Positions 32,349 through 45,141 of a DNA stretch of 64,000 nt are shown here, piece by piece. How positions within the stretch are numbered: the stretch's first letter is position 1; each line of letters starts with the position of its first letter. The notes beneath the pieces are model-generated. The model made no database searches and was not told the DNA's origin. It was given only the letters and a program-made list of their open reading frames with translations. The stretch is from Syntrophales bacterium. GTDB taxonomy: Bacteria; Desulfobacterota; Syntrophia; Syntrophales; PHBD01. The stretch lies in assembly GCA_963668175.1 (NCBI GenBank), contig OY764159.1, positions 1,152,001 to 1,216,000 on the forward strand, written 5' to 3'. The position numbers and the translations under genes are program-made.

Positions 32349-32511
32349 AAAACGCCCGGCTATCTCTCAATTGGTGCGCCGCGCCTCCTGCATAGGACGT
32401 TGCGCGGCTGGTGCGTGTCCTGAGAAAGAAATGGCGGAATCCGCAATAACCATGATAGGAAAAGAAAGGATTGCGCCGTACAGATTGCGTGTAACAGAAA
32501 GGGGAATTAAG

Positions 32512-34206
32512 ATGGACCAGGGCAAGACACCCGTCCCGTCCGATTTCATCCGGGATATCATCGACGAAGACATCAAGAATGGCAAGCATCAGGGGCGCGT
32601 GGCGACGAGGTTTCCGCCCGAGCCGAACGGCTACCCTCATATCGGTCATGCCAAGTCGGTCTGCCTCAATTTCGGCATCGCCGCCCAATACAAGGGTACT
32701 TGTAACTTGCGGATGGACGATACGGATCCCACAGGGGAGAGCATGGAGTTCGTCGAGTCGATCATCCGCGACGTGAAGTGGCTGGGGTTCGACTGGGAGG
32801 ACCGCCTCTATTACGCCTCCGACTATTACGAAAAGCTGTACCAGTTCGCCGTCCATCTCATTAAAATGGGGCGGGCTTTCGTCTGCCAGTTGACTCCCGA
32901 CGAAATGCGGGAGCACCGGGGTTCCTTCACGGAGCCGGGTAAAGACAGCCCCTGCCGCAACAGGTCGGTCGCCGAAAACCTCGATCTGTTCGAACGCATG
33001 CGGGCGGGGGAGTTCGAAGACGGTTCTCACACGCTCCGGGCCAAGATCGACATGGCGTCGCCCAACATCACGATGCGGGACCCGATCATGTACAGGATCA
33101 AGAAGGAGCGGCATTACCGGACCGGCGATCAATGGTGCATCTACCCCATGTACGATTTCGCCCACTGCCTCTCCGATTCGATCGAAGGAATAACGCATTC
33201 GATCTGTACGCTCGAGTTCGAAAACAACCGGCCCCTCTACGACTGGTTCCTGGAAGCGGCCGATGTGGAGCATCGCCCGCAGCAGATCGAATTCGCCCGT
33301 CTGAATGTGAGCTATACGGTCTTAAGCAAGCGCAGGCTTATCGAATTCGTGGAGAAGGGCATCGTCGCCGGATGGGACGATCCGCGGATGCCGACTCTTT
33401 CCGGTATGCGCCGCCGTGGATACACGCCTGCCGCCATCCGCGACTTCTGCGAGAGGATCGGCGTCGCCAAGAACGACAGCCTGGTGGACATGGCGCTCCT
33501 GGAGAATTGCCTCCGGGACGACCTGAACGAAAAGGCCCCCCGGGTGCTTGCGGTACTGCGACCCCTGCGCGTCGTGATCGAGAACTACCCTGAAGACAAG
33601 GTGGAGATGCTCGATTGTCCCTACCACCCGAAGAAGCCGGAAATGGGCTCCCGCAAGGTGCCTTTCTCCCGGGTGCTCTATATCGAGAAAGACGATTTCC
33701 TGGAAAATCCTCCCAAGAAATTTTTCCGGCTGTCGGTCGGCCGGGAGGTCCGCCTCCGCTACGGTTACTTCATTAAGTGCACAAGCATCGTGAAGGACCC
33801 TGCCAGCGGCGAGGTGATAGAAATCCGCTGCACGTACGATCCGGAAACAAAAAGCGGCTTCGCCCCCGACGGGAGGAAGGTCGACGGCACCATTCACTGG
33901 GTGTCGGCCGCCCATGCGGTCCGCGCCGAGGTGCGCCTCTATGACCGGCTCTTCAACGTTCCGGACCCGTCCCGGGAGGATGCGGATTGCACGGATTTTC
34001 TCAATCCGAATTCCCTGGAGGTCCTGCACGGCTGCCTGGTGGAACCCGGCCTGAACGGCGCCGCCGCCGGTTCCGGTTTCCAGTTTGAGAGGCTGGGCTA
34101 TTTCTCAGTCGATGCGGTCGATTCGACGGAGCAGGCCCCGGTCTTCAACCGGACCGTCACGCTCCGGGACTCGTGGGCCAAAGCGGCGGAAAAGGGCGGC
34201 AAGTAG
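32512..34206 (+). CDS. glnS: Glutamine--tRNA ligase
   Basis: [41 protein letters not shown]. Confidence 0.98.
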   Translation: MDQGKTPVPSDFIRDIIDEDIKNGKHQGRVATRFPPEPNGYPHIGHAKSVCLNFGIAAQYKGTCNLRMDDTDPTGESMEFVESIIRDVKWLGFDWEDRLYYASDYYEKLYQFAVHLIKMGRAFVCQLTPDEMREHRGSFTEPGKDSPCRNRSVAENLDLFERMRAGEFEDGSHTLRAKIDMASPNITMRDPIMYRIKKERHYRTGDQWCIYPMYDFAHCLSDSIEGITHSICTLEFENNRPLYDWFLEAADVEHRPQQIEFARLNVSYTVLSKRRLIEFVEKGIVAGWDDPRMPTLSGMRRRGYTPAAIRDFCERIGVAKNDSLVDMALLENCLRDDLNEKAPRVLAVLRPLRVVIENYPEDKVEMLDCPYHPKKPEMGSRKVPFSRVLYIEKDDFLENPPKKFFRLSVGREVRLRYGYFIKCTSIVKDPASGEVIEIRCTYDPETKSGFAPDGRKVDGTIHWVSAAHAVRAEVRLYDRLFNVPDPSREDADCTDFLNPNSLEVLHGCLVEPGLNGAAAGSGFQFERLGYFSVDAVDSTEQAPVFNRTVTLRDSWAKAAEKGGK

Positions 34207-34229
34207 GCTGAACGTTAATAAGAATGTGC

Positions 34230-34266
34230 AAAGGGGGATGAGCCCGTGAGGCCATCCCCCTTTTTT
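34230..34266. terminator. Rho-independent terminator after glnS
   Basis: AAAGGGGGATG...CATCCCCCTTTTTT. Confidence 0.8.
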
Positions 34267-34345
34267 ATATGCAGATGACCGGCCGTGGCGGAGGGATTTC
34301 CGTTTCCGATCAGGGGTGCATCAGCCGGCCGCTTTGACGGCGGAT

Positions 34346-35152
34346 CTATTTTTCCGCCGTTCCCTTGAAGAAGGTGTAGCAGAAGGTTCCGTCCCCGGCC
34401 GTTGTCCGCAGAAGTCCGCGGATGCCCTTCTCCCAGGTGTCTCGATCTATCAGACCCGCCGCCAGGGCCGCATCCTTGACTCCTTCGACCATGGCGGTAA
34501 ACGTCTGCTTCGTGAATCCTTCCACAAGATGCGGCCTGCTGGCGTCGACATAGACCATCCGGGGAGACACGCGGATGTCCCTGAAGCCCGTCTCCTTCAT
34601 CAGCGGGTAGAGTTGCCGTCCGATGAGCGAATTTCCGCCCAGTCCGGCCTGGAGGTCGATGAGGCACCGGATCGCTCTTAGGGCCTCGACGCTCTCGGGG
34701 TGGAAATAGGCGGAGCCGTGGTCGCCTTCGATGACGGTGATGGTGCCTCCCGGCTTCAACACCCTCATGAGATGTCGGAGGGCTTCCTGGGGGCGGCTCA
34801 GGTGTTCCAGGACAAAGCAGAGGAAGACGTGGTCGAACTGGCCGTCCGTAAAAGGAAGGTCGTAGATATCCGCCTTCCGGAAACGGACGTTGTCCAGGCC
34901 GGCTCTGTCCGCCGCCGCCTCGGCTTTGGCGAGGGAATCGTCGGAGATGTCGATGGAAAGAAAACGGGCCCGGGGACTCTTTTGGGCCAGGATCACCGTC
35001 TGGGCCCCGACGCCGCATCCAGCCTCCAGCACCTCCGCCCCCGGGGGGTACGAGGTGTCGCCGTGCAGCAGTTCCGTCAGCGAACCAGCCTGGGCAAGGA
35101 GCCTCCGGTCTTCCTCCCCGGAGTATCCGTGGACGTAACGATCGTCTTTCAT
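34346..35152 (-). CDS. Class I SAM-dependent methyltransferase
   Basis: VLEAGCGVG, FDHVF, VLKPGG. Confidence 0.9.
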   Translation of the reverse strand: MKDDRYVHGYSGEEDRRLLAQAGSLTELLHGDTSYPPGAEVLEAGCGVGAQTVILAQKSPRARFLSIDISDDSLAKAEAAADRAGLDNVRFRKADIYDLPFTDGQFDHVFLCFVLEHLSRPQEALRHLMRVLKPGGTITVIEGDHGSAYFHPESVEALRAIRCLIDLQAGLGGNSLIGRQLYPLMKETGFRDIRVSPRMVYVDASRPHLVEGFTKQTFTAMVEGVKDAALAAGLIDRDTWEKGIRGLLRTTAGDGTFCYTFFKGTAEK

Positions 35153-35221
35153 GGAAACAATCCTCCCTTGATCTTTTTACTTCACGATTTTACCGGATAA
35201 AGAAGAGACTTGTCTTGTACG

Positions 35222-36022
35222 TTATTGCGCAAATGAAGAATATTGTCCGGGCGTTAAACCCGTTATGGACTTGAAATGCCGGGTGAGGTGGCTCTGATCG
35301 AAGAATCCCGCGGCCTGAGCGGCATGTGCGAGGGGTACCCGGCGGGCCAGAAGTTCTTTCGCCTTGTCGACGCGTACCTGGGTCAGGTAGGCATGGGGGC
35401 TGAGTCCCGTCTCCATGCGGAAGACACGAATCAGGTGATACCGGCTCATGCCGGAGACGGCGGCCAAGTCGGCCAGAGAGATATTTTCCCGGTAGCGGTC
35501 ATGGATAAGGCCCCGGACCTTTTGCACGGCCGGCCGTTCCCTGCCTGTCCGGAAGCCGTTCGGCCGCGCGGTTGCATGGCGTCCTATCATTCCGATAAGC
35601 GCGGTAAGGAAACGCGTCTCTTTTTCAAGACGATTTCCGCAGTCGTCAAGCGATGCGAAGAAATCCCTGAGGAGGCAAGCGACATAAGTGTCGCGAATCA
35701 CCGGGGAAGGAAAATAGGGGACCTCCGCCGGCCGTCCCGCCGTATCTTCCGCCGCCTCCCGGAGTGCTGCAGCAGATGGATACGAGCATCGGTAAGTCCA
35801 GCCTCCCTCGTCCGGTGCATACCCCGTATGCGGTTCTCCGGGGTTGATAAGGCAGATATCGCCCGCCGTTGCGTAATGCTTGGCGCCGCGATAGTCCGTA
35901 GCCTGGACGCCGGCTTCGATCAGCCCGATTGCGAATCCTTCATGGATATGCCGGGGAAAGACATGGGTGATATAGGTCGCCTTGATGCATTCCAGGCCGG
36001 CAAGGTCGGAAAACCGCGACAT
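35222..36022 (-). CDS. AraC family transcriptional regulator
   Basis: FPRHIH cupin domain; C-terminal GFFDQSHLTRHFK...GLTPGQY. Confidence 0.93.
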   Translation of the reverse strand: MSRFSDLAGLECIKATYITHVFPRHIHEGFAIGLIEAGVQATDYRGAKHYATAGDICLINPGEPHTGYAPDEGGWTYRCSYPSAAALREAAEDTAGRPAEVPYFPSPVIRDTYVACLLRDFFASLDDCGNRLEKETRFLTALIGMIGRHATARPNGFRTGRERPAVQKVRGLIHDRYRENISLADLAAVSGMSRYHLIRVFRMETGLSPHAYLTQVRVDKAKELLARRVPLAHAAQAAGFFDQSHLTRHFKSITGLTPGQYSSFAQ

Positions 36023-36352
36023 CGTTGCCCCTTCTTTATGTGAAGGGTGTGCTTTGTCCGCCGTTCTTCTTTTCATTCCGGTCTGTAACACGATCTGTCT
36101 CACTGAGCCTTTAAGGTTCCTTACGTTTGTTTAGCCGGATGCGCTAGAAAGTCGTTACGCGCATCGGAAAGAATACATCCCCCCGGCCCATACGATACCG
36201 TTCAGGAGGGCGATCATAACACGGTGAGAAATGCTTGCAACAGGATAATCTCCGCCGGAAAGGCGGTCGTCGATAAACGATAATTACGGCGATAAGGTTT
36301 GGAAAAAAGACGAAATAATTCGGAAAAAAAACGGCAGACTGACGCCCCGTTT

Positions 36353-36847
36353 TTACATAAGATAATTCTGCAGGGTCTGGTAACTGCGGAAGTCGGCATC
36401 AACAAATGCCGTGCCGATCTGGACGTCCTCTTCGGATTCGAAGACACGCTGCGGCTGGCACCTCATCTTGAGCGGCCTTGTGGCAAAAGGAAGGGTAAAG
36501 ATGATGTCGAATTCCGCTTCCGTGTTACCGGCCTTGATTTCCAACGCCGTGCCTTTGGGGACCGATATTTTGATGCCTCCCAGGGAGATATCCATGATCG
36601 TACCCGTTTGGTACCCTCTCGCGTCCGCCCTGGCTTCGGCGATGAACGCGGGCAAAGCCACCTGCCTCCTTTCGAATTGTCGCTGGTCGCTCTCTACACC
36701 GCGGAGGACTTTTCTCTCTTTCAGGTATTTGTAGAGCATGTTTTCTATCACCGACGAGAGGCTCTGTCTTTCATCCGCCGATATCTTTTCCAGGGAATTC
36801 CTTATATCCATGTTGGTGCGGAAGCAAATGGTAATGTCTTTCTTCAT
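36353..36847 (-). CDS. Ribbon-helix-helix + PilZ domain protein
   Basis: N-terminal ITICFRT...SLSSVIENML; QRQFERR and DISLGG PilZ motifs. Confidence 0.8.
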   Translation of the reverse strand: MKKDITICFRTNMDIRNSLEKISADERQSLSSVIENMLYKYLKERKVLRGVESDQRQFERRQVALPAFIAEARADARGYQTGTIMDISLGGIKISVPKGTALEIKAGNTEAEFDIIFTLPFATRPLKMRCQPQRVFESEEDVQIGTAFVDADFRSYQTLQNYLM

Positions 36848-37622
36848 TTTCGAAAATCCTTCCCTGTTCTTGCCTTGCAGGCAAATAAGAAAATGATCAA
36901 CCCTCTCATCTAAACATCGGGCCGCGCAAAACCTGACTTTATGCTTCTTCGGCCAATAGTAATACAAAGCGAAACCGCATGTCAAGCGCTATCTTGTCCA
37001 ATAAGGGGTTTTTCCTGCCAGAATATTGCCAGGTTAACGGGGGTGACGGCTTGTCCGCGGACATGGCTCAGGGCAAAGATATTCGCGCATCGGGTCCTGC
37101 GATGTCGCCCTGGGCTTGCCGATCTTCAGTCAGAGGAATCCTCCTCACCCGTTTCTGTCCGTAACGAGGTGTATTTGGACTCCATCGTATGTTAGACGCG
37201 CCTGTCTTCTCCGGGATCATCTTGAAATTGCGGCAGAAGAATCAAATCACCTACCGCTATTTCCAAGGGGCGGCCGCCACAGATACGAGGTCAGCTTCAA
37301 AATTCTACAACAGGGCTGCAAATTCCGGATGTTGCCAAAGGGCGATGCCAGAGAATATAGCTTTTCCTGGCTTCGCGCCCGGTCTTGTCCCTGGAGGAAG
37401 ATATCATCGTAACCGAACGGAATCTGGCAGTGAAAAGCCGATCTACGCGCCGGGGAGACATGGTCGAAACTGAAGTTGAGCGAAATGCATGACGGAAGAA
37501 ATATTCTTCATTTACATTTCTTAATTTCACAAAGGCTGTCTGACAATGTAATGTCGTCCGTGCTGTCCGCTGCCCGCTGTCCGGCCCGGACAGGAATTCC
37601 CTGGAAAAGGAGAAGTTGTGAG

Positions 37623-37952
37623 ATGAAGAAGATCATAATTGGCCTGTTTGCACTTCTCGTCGTTTCACTCAACGGCGTTCCGGCGGGTTACCCTGCCGAT
37701 ACCGAGAGAACGCAGGACAAATCGGGCATGCCGCCTCCCGAAGACGGCCGAAAAGAAAGGAGACCCATACCGCAAGCCGCCATAGATGCCTGTACGGGCA
37801 AGAAGAAAGGGGCATCCTGTTCCGACGGAAGAATCACGGGTCTGTGCGATTACACCCCGGATAAGAAATATTTCGCCTGTAAACCCCAGGGACCTCCTCC
37901 CGACCAACGGAACAACAAACAGGGACCTCCTCCCGAACAGAACGCCAAATAG
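37623..37952 (+). CDS. Small secreted Pro/Cys-rich protein
   Basis: MKKIII signal peptide; AIDACTGK...C...C...C; RBS AAGGAG. Confidence 0.7.
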   Translation: MKKIIIGLFALLVVSLNGVPAGYPADTERTQDKSGMPPPEDGRKERRPIPQAAIDACTGKKKGASCSDGRITGLCDYTPDKKYFACKPQGPPPDQRNNKQGPPPEQNAK

Positions 37953-38151
37953 ACGCTTGCGCCGCTCCCTCATCTCGAGTTATCCGTGAGAGCGGATCGG
38001 GGATGTAACACCGGAAAAAGTATAAGGCAACGGCAGGATGAATCCTCGTTCATCTTTTGATAGAGGCGGAACGTTTGACGGAAACACCGGATAAAGCCCG
38101 GCTTTCCGGGCACGTTTCCGGTCCCGGCGATTACGTTATGCTCTAAAAAAG

Positions 38152-38186
38152 CAAAAGGTTACGGCGGTAGGGCCGTAACCTTTTGT
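38152..38186. terminator. Terminator downstream of tRNA-Lys
   Basis: CAAAAGGTTACGGC...GCCGTAACCTTTTG inverted repeat flanked by A/T runs. Confidence 0.75.
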
Positions 38187-38191
38187 TTTCT

Positions 38192-38267
38192 TGGTGGGCC
38201 GTATGGGAATCGAACCCACGACCAACGGATTAAAAGTCCGCTGCTCTACCGGCTGAGCTAACGGCCC
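38192..38267 (-). tRNA. tRNA-Lys(UUU)
   Basis: GGGCCGTTAGCTCAG...GGACTTTTAATCC...GGTTCGATTCC...GGCCCACCA. Confidence 0.98.
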
Positions 38268-38470
38268 AGGATGATCGAACTCTTGAAGGCGTGCCCTATT
38301 AACAGCATGGTGAAATGTTGTCAAGAGGAAACCACTTGCGGGGCGAAAAAAGATCGGTCTTCGGTTATATGCCTTTTTGGCGAGGAGCGGGGCGGGGTGC
38401 GGCCGCTTCTTGCGGCCGCTGCTCCCATCCGCTCTATACGGATCGTCTCCTTCGTCTTTATCAGCCGCCT

Positions 38471-39784
<1,314 letters not shown>

Positions 39785-41374
39785 TCACATTTCCAGTTGT
39801 TTCACGGCGATGACGTGCGGAAGGTTTCTCAGTTTGTCGAGAACGTCCTCGGTTACGAGTGTATCCGTCGTCAGGACGACCAGGGCCTGTTTGTCGAACT
39901 GCTCCCGACTCAGGTGGAGCCGTGCGATGTTCACGTTGTTCTGTCCTAGGGTCGAACCGATGTTGCCGATGACGCCGGGCCGGTCGTTGTTGGACAGGTA
40001 GATCATGTAGCCTTCAGGTATGACGTCCAGTGTGAATTTATCGATACGGACGATCCGTGCGTCCCGGCGGCCGAATATTGCCCCCGCCGTATAGTGGCTG
40101 TTTCCCTCGGACGTCTTTACGGTCAGGGCGATCATGCTTCTGTAGTCCTCGACTTTGGTGCTCTTCGATTCAATGACCTTGATGCCTCTCTCTTTGGCGA
40201 TGACCGGGGCATTGATGAAGTTCACGTGCTCATTGTCCAGGATGGGGGTCAAGAGCCCTTTCATCAGGGATATCGTCAAGGGGGCGACGTTGTAGTTCAG
40301 AATCTCCCCGCTGTATTCGATGTGCACTTCCTTAATGGCTTCCGATACCAACTGGGCCTGGAACTTTCCCAGCTTCTCCGCCAGATCGATATACGGCTGC
40401 ATGACGCTTAAAAGCTCGGCGCTCACGGAGGGCACGTTGACGGCGTTCTGTATCTCCCCCTTGGTCAGGTAGGCGGCGATCTGCTCGGCCACGGCGATGG
40501 CGACGTTGACCTGGGCTTCGTCCGTTGCCGCCCCCAGATGAGGCGTACAGATGACGTTTTCCAGGGATACGAGTTCCATGTTCTTGGTCGGTTCTTCCTC
40601 GAAGACGTCGAGTGCGGCCCCGGCGACCTTACCGGAAACGAGAGCGTCGTAAAGATCCTTTTCGCTGATGATCCCGCCGCGGGCGCAGTTGATGACGAAA
40701 ACGCCTTTTTTCATTTTCTCGAAAGCCGCCGCATTGATCAATCCCTTCGTCTCCTTCGTCAGGGGGGTATGGATCGTGATGAAGTCCGCCTTGGCCAGCA
40801 GTTCATCCAGCGTCACCAGGGTAACACCCATGTTGTCGGCGCTTTCCTTGGAGATGAAAGGATCGTAGACGACGACGTGCATCTTCAGGCCCTGGGCCCG
40901 GTCGGCGACGATGGCGCCGATTCTGCCGATGCCGATGACGCCCAGCGTCTTATTGTAAAGCTCGGTGCCCATGAACTTGTTCTTTTCCCACTTTCCCGCC
41001 TTCACGGAGGCCGTGGCCAGGGGGATTTGGCGGGCGAGGGAAACCATGAGGGAAATGGCGTGCTCGGCGGTGGTGATCGTATTGCCGCCCGGCGTATTCA
41101 TGACGACGATGCCCCGTTTGCTGGCCGCCGGGACGTCGACGTTGTCCACGCCGATTCCCGCCCTGCCGACGATGCTGAGCTTCTCCGCATGGTCGATGAT
41201 TTCCTTGGTGACTTTGGTGGCGCTCCTGATCGCCAGTCCGTCGTAATTCTTGATGACGGCTTTGAGCTCGTCGGGCGTCAGGTTCGTTATCACATCGACC
41301 TCGATGCCCGGCGTGTTTTTCAATATTTGTACGCCTTCCGGAGAAAGCTTATCGCTGATCAATACCTTTTTCAT
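39785..41374 (-). CDS. serA: D-3-phosphoglycerate dehydrogenase (long form, ASB+ACT)
   Basis: GRAGIGVDNVD, GIGRIG, NCARGG, TPHLGA, C-terminal ACT domain. Confidence 0.97.
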   Translation of the reverse strand: MKKVLISDKLSPEGVQILKNTPGIEVDVITNLTPDELKAVIKNYDGLAIRSATKVTKEIIDHAEKLSIVGRAGIGVDNVDVPAASKRGIVVMNTPGGNTITTAEHAISLMVSLARQIPLATASVKAGKWEKNKFMGTELYNKTLGVIGIGRIGAIVADRAQGLKMHVVVYDPFISKESADNMGVTLVTLDELLAKADFITIHTPLTKETKGLINAAAFEKMKKGVFVINCARGGIISEKDLYDALVSGKVAGAALDVFEEEPTKNMELVSLENVICTPHLGAATDEAQVNVAIAVAEQIAAYLTKGEIQNAVNVPSVSAELLSVMQPYIDLAEKLGKFQAQLVSEAIKEVHIEYSGEILNYNVAPLTISLMKGLLTPILDNEHVNFINAPVIAKERGIKVIESKSTKVEDYRSMIALTVKTSEGNSHYTAGAIFGRRDARIVRIDKFTLDVIPEGYMIYLSNNDRPGVIGNIGSTLGQNNVNIARLHLSREQFDKQALVVLTTDTLVTEDVLDKLRNLPHVIAVKQLEM

Positions 41375-41387
41375 ACTAGCTCCTTCG

Positions 41388-42512
41388 CTATGCGCTTATC
41401 TTCGCGAGATAAATCTTTTCCAGCTCTTCGATAGCCGTCCGGATGTCCGCCGGTTCAATCGTCGGCCCGCACCAGAACCGGAATCCCGGAGGGGCGTCCT
41501 TATAGGAACCGATGTCGTGGGCGATATTCTTCTTGCTCATCTCGGAGGCGATAGCCTTGAGAAATTTCGCCCGCTCATCCTGCGGCATGGCCTTCACTTT
41601 TTCGCTCACGACTGACAAGCAAACCGACGTATTGGAGCGTGTTTCCTTGGTCTCCGCCAGGAACTCGATCCAGTCGGTTTTCGCTACCCAGTCTTCAACG
41701 ATTTTAAGATTGGCCAGGCTCCGGTTAAAGAGCCCCTTAAGGCTTATTTCGGAGGCCCACTTCAGGGCATCGAGATAGTCCTCCACGCAAAGGAGGGACG
41801 GTGTGTTGATAGTGTCCCCGACGAAGATAGCCTTGTCCACCTTGCCCGATTTCTTCATGCGGAAGATCTTGGGCAGGGGCCAGGGGGGATCGTACGATTC
41901 GATCCGCGCAATTGCCCGGGGGCCGAGCACAAGCATGCCGTGGGCGGCTTCACCGCCGAGACATTTCTGCCAGGAAAAGGTTAAAACATCGATCTTGGAC
42001 CAGTCGATGTCCATGGCAAAGGCCGCACTGGTGGCATCGCAAAGCGACAGGCCCTGGCGGTCGGCGGGGATCCAGTCCCAATTCGGGATCTTAACGCCGC
42101 TGGTCGTGCCGTTGGCGACGAAGACGACGTCGTTGGTCCAGTCCACGGAGCGAAGATCGGGAATTTTTCCGTAGTCGGCCTTGAGAACGGTAGGACTGAG
42201 CTTCAGCTGCTTGGTGATATCGGTCGCCCAGCCTTCGCCGAAGCTTTCCCACACGAGGGCCGTGACGGGCCTCGGTCCGAGAAGCGTCCACATGGCTGCT
42301 TCAAAGGCGCCCGTATCCGATCCGGGAAGGATTCCTACAAGATAATCGCTTGGAATATTAAGGATTTTCTTCGTTTCGTCAATGGCCTTGGCGAGCTTCT
42401 CTTTGCCTGCGGCCGACCGGTGAGAACGGCCGACGGGAGCATCCCTGAGGACGTCCAGGTTCCATCGGGGTCTCTTGCTGCAGGGGCCGGAACTAAAATT
42501 GGGATTGTGCAT
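41388..42512 (-). CDS. serC: Phosphoserine aminotransferase (type 2)
   Basis: [28 protein letters not shown]; directly upstream of serA. Confidence 0.93.
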   Translation of the reverse strand: MHNPNFSSGPCSKRPRWNLDVLRDAPVGRSHRSAAGKEKLAKAIDETKKILNIPSDYLVGILPGSDTGAFEAAMWTLLGPRPVTALVWESFGEGWATDITKQLKLSPTVLKADYGKIPDLRSVDWTNDVVFVANGTTSGVKIPNWDWIPADRQGLSLCDATSAAFAMDIDWSKIDVLTFSWQKCLGGEAAHGMLVLGPRAIARIESYDPPWPLPKIFRMKKSGKVDKAIFVGDTINTPSLLCVEDYLDALKWASEISLKGLFNRSLANLKIVEDWVAKTDWIEFLAETKETRSNTSVCLSVVSEKVKAMPQDERAKFLKAIASEMSKKNIAHDIGSYKDAPPGFRFWCGPTIEPADIRTAIEELEKIYLAKISA

Positions 42513-42743
42513 GGCTCTTTCCTTTAAAGTAGTGTGCAAGCCGTCTCATATATCAATATTATTGTGATTACTCAAGAGAACTTTTGGTTTGACGGGAAAG
42601 AAAAAAAAACATATGTATTCTGCGCATCTGGCCGGAACATGGCTGAACAGGTCTTCCGTATGACGAGCCTGACAGGATAGCGGCGGCCGCCCGTACAATG
42701 CGACCGTATTTTATATGGACGCAGAAATAAAATCCAGGACCAA

Positions 42744-44123
42744 ATGATGAAAACCCCTCCGCCCAAAAAAGTCAAGACGATGTTTTTCTGTCAGAATTGC
42801 GGCTACCAGTCGTCGAAATGGCTCGGCAAGTGCCCTTCCTGCCAGGAATGGAACCGCTTCGCCGAAGAGGAGATACGAGGGGAAAACTCCGTTGCCGGAT
42901 CGGCGGATTTTCAATTCAATGAGGCGGCCGTGCCAATCGACGCCATCGCCATCGACGACTCGGAGCGCCTGGCAACGGGAATGGGTGAAATCGACCGGGT
43001 CCTGGGAGGCGGTATCGTGGGCGGATCGGCAATCCTCGTCGGCGGCGATCCGGGGATCGGAAAATCGACGCTGCTTTTGCAGGTTTTACAGAAGCTGGCG
43101 GCAAGGGGGCAGCGGGTCCTCTATGTGTCGGGAGAGGAATCGGCCAAGCAAATCAAATTGCGGGGAAAGAGGATAGGGGCCTCGTCGGAGAACCTGCTCG
43201 TCCTCGTCGAAATCGCCCTGGAAAATATCGTTCAGCAAATCAAGGATATCAAGCCCGCAGCCGTCGTGATCGATTCGATCCAGACGACCTACTCGTCCCT
43301 CCTCTCTTCGGCGCCGGGAAGCGTCGGCCAGGTGCGGGAATCGTCCGAGCGCCTGATCCTCCTTTCGAAGAAAACGGGTATTCCGCTGTTCCTCATCGGG
43401 CACGTCACCAAGGACGGTTCCATCGCCGGGCCGAAGGTGCTTGAGCACATGGTGGATACGGTCCTCTATTTCGAAGGCGATTCCGGCCATGTCTACCGGA
43501 TTGTCCGGTCCATCAAGAACCGCTACGGGCCGACGAACGAGATAGGCGTATTTGAAATGAGGGACAACGGCCTCATAGAAGTGGGCAACCCTTCGGCAAT
43601 ATTTCTTGCGGAAAGGCCCGAGGGGGCCGCCGGTTCGGTCGTCGTTCCGAGCGTCGAGGGGACCCGGCCGATCCTCATCGAGATACAGTCGCTCGTCAGT
43701 CCGACCAGCTTCGGGATGCCGCGGCGGACGGCCATCGGCGTCGATCAGAACCGCGTTTCGCTTCTCGTTGCCGTCATGGACAAGATAGGCGGCATGCACC
43801 TGGGCAACCAGGATATCTTCATCAACGTCACCGGTGGCATCAAGGTGGACGAGCCGGCTGTGGACCTGGGCGTCGTGTCCTCCATGGCGTCGAGTTATTA
43901 CGACCGCCCCGTCTACCCGGGGACCGTCGTCTTCGGCGAAGTGGGGCTTACAGGCGAAGTCAGGGGGATCGGCCAGATGGACTCCAGGATCAGAGAAGCA
44001 GCCAGAATGGGATTTACCCGCTGTATCCTTCCCAGGACCCAGGGCCGGGATCAGGAAGCCGTGCCCGGCATAAAAGCGGTCAGAATAAGCAATATCAAGG
44101 AATTGGCGGAGTATTTGTTTTAA
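42744..44123 (+). CDS. radA: DNA repair protein RadA/Sms
   Basis: CQNCG...CPSC, GGDPGIGKST, KNRYG, GEVGLTGE. Confidence 0.98.
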   Translation: MMKTPPPKKVKTMFFCQNCGYQSSKWLGKCPSCQEWNRFAEEEIRGENSVAGSADFQFNEAAVPIDAIAIDDSERLATGMGEIDRVLGGGIVGGSAILVGGDPGIGKSTLLLQVLQKLAARGQRVLYVSGEESAKQIKLRGKRIGASSENLLVLVEIALENIVQQIKDIKPAAVVIDSIQTTYSSLLSSAPGSVGQVRESSERLILLSKKTGIPLFLIGHVTKDGSIAGPKVLEHMVDTVLYFEGDSGHVYRIVRSIKNRYGPTNEIGVFEMRDNGLIEVGNPSAIFLAERPEGAAGSVVVPSVEGTRPILIEIQSLVSPTSFGMPRRTAIGVDQNRVSLLVAVMDKIGGMHLGNQDIFINVTGGIKVDEPAVDLGVVSSMASSYYDRPVYPGTVVFGEVGLTGEVRGIGQMDSRIREAARMGFTRCILPRTQGRDQEAVPGIKAVRISNIKELAEYLF

Positions 44124-44199
44124 AGACCGCGGCGTGCTATTTTGGCGTTGACGAGAGGCGCGACCGGTCATTTCCGCTTATTGAAACCGAGGTAATCGT

Positions 44200-45093
44200 A
44201 TGATCGTGGATAGTATAGGCAAGTTGGGCGAGGGGCTCTACGCCATCGGTTCGGCGGACCTCCCTGCCTTCCTGCTTTTGGGGGAGCAGCCGGCCCTCTT
44301 CGATGCCGGGATGACCTTCATGGGACCCCTCTACCTGGAAGGCCTGAAAGAACATCTCGGCGATGCCGGCAGGCTCCGATATCTCTTTTTGACCCACTCC
44401 CACTTTGACCACAGCGGGGCGGCGCCCTATCTCAAAAGAAAAATTCCGGGACTTAAGATCGGCGCCCACAGCCTGGCGGCCGAGACCTTCAAGAAGCCCA
44501 ATGCCGTGGAGCTGATGAGGAGCCTGAGCCGGGACAGCGAGGAGAAATACAGGGACCTGATCGGCGGCGAGAATATTTGTTTTGACGCCCTGCCCGTGGA
44601 CATCGTCCTGGCGGACGGCCAGGAGATAGACCTGGGCGCCGGTTTAGGCTTCCGGGTGATTGCTACCCCCGGACACACGAAGGACTCCATCAGCCTGTAT
44701 ATTCCCCGGCTCAAGGCCCTGATCACCGGGGAGGCGGCGGGTGTCTTTGACCGCAACTTTACGACACACCCGCAGTACCTGTCCAGTTATGCGGATTATA
44801 TGGCCTCTTTGGAAAAAATGGTCTCCCTCGATGTCGATATCATCATGATGGCCCACCATTCCACACTGACGGGCGACGACGCCCGCACGTACATGCCCAA
44901 GGCCATCGAAACCGCCAGGCAATACCGGGAGCGTATCGTAAGGTATCTTGAAGAGTTACACGGAGATCGCGAAGCGGTTGTCCGGAAAATATTCAGGGAG
45001 GACTACGAGGAGAGGGGGGCCATCCGGCAGGAGACCCGGCCTTTTCTCATCAACCTCGCGGCGAAAGTCAAGGTTGTCGCCGAAAACAGATAA
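44200..45093 (+). CDS. MBL-fold metallo-hydrolase
   Basis: THSHFDH, TPGHT. Confidence 0.9.
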   Translation: MIVDSIGKLGEGLYAIGSADLPAFLLLGEQPALFDAGMTFMGPLYLEGLKEHLGDAGRLRYLFLTHSHFDHSGAAPYLKRKIPGLKIGAHSLAAETFKKPNAVELMRSLSRDSEEKYRDLIGGENICFDALPVDIVLADGQEIDLGAGLGFRVIATPGHTKDSISLYIPRLKALITGEAAGVFDRNFTTHPQYLSSYADYMASLEKMVSLDVDIIMMAHHSTLTGDDARTYMPKAIETARQYRERIVRYLEELHGDREAVVRKIFREDYEERGAIRQETRPFLINLAAKVKVVAENR

Positions 45094-45141
45094 GAATATT
45101 GAAATACATAGACCCGTGACGGGTTTGGAAATTGGTTCATC

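Noticed and set aside
37060..37130. c-di-GMP-I riboswitch near the PilZ gene (CAGGGCAAA)
   Set aside because: Lacks the GNRA-capped P2 and downstream GACGCAAA core
34300..38191. Genomic island at tRNA-Lys
   Set aside because: No att repeat or mobility gene found by eye
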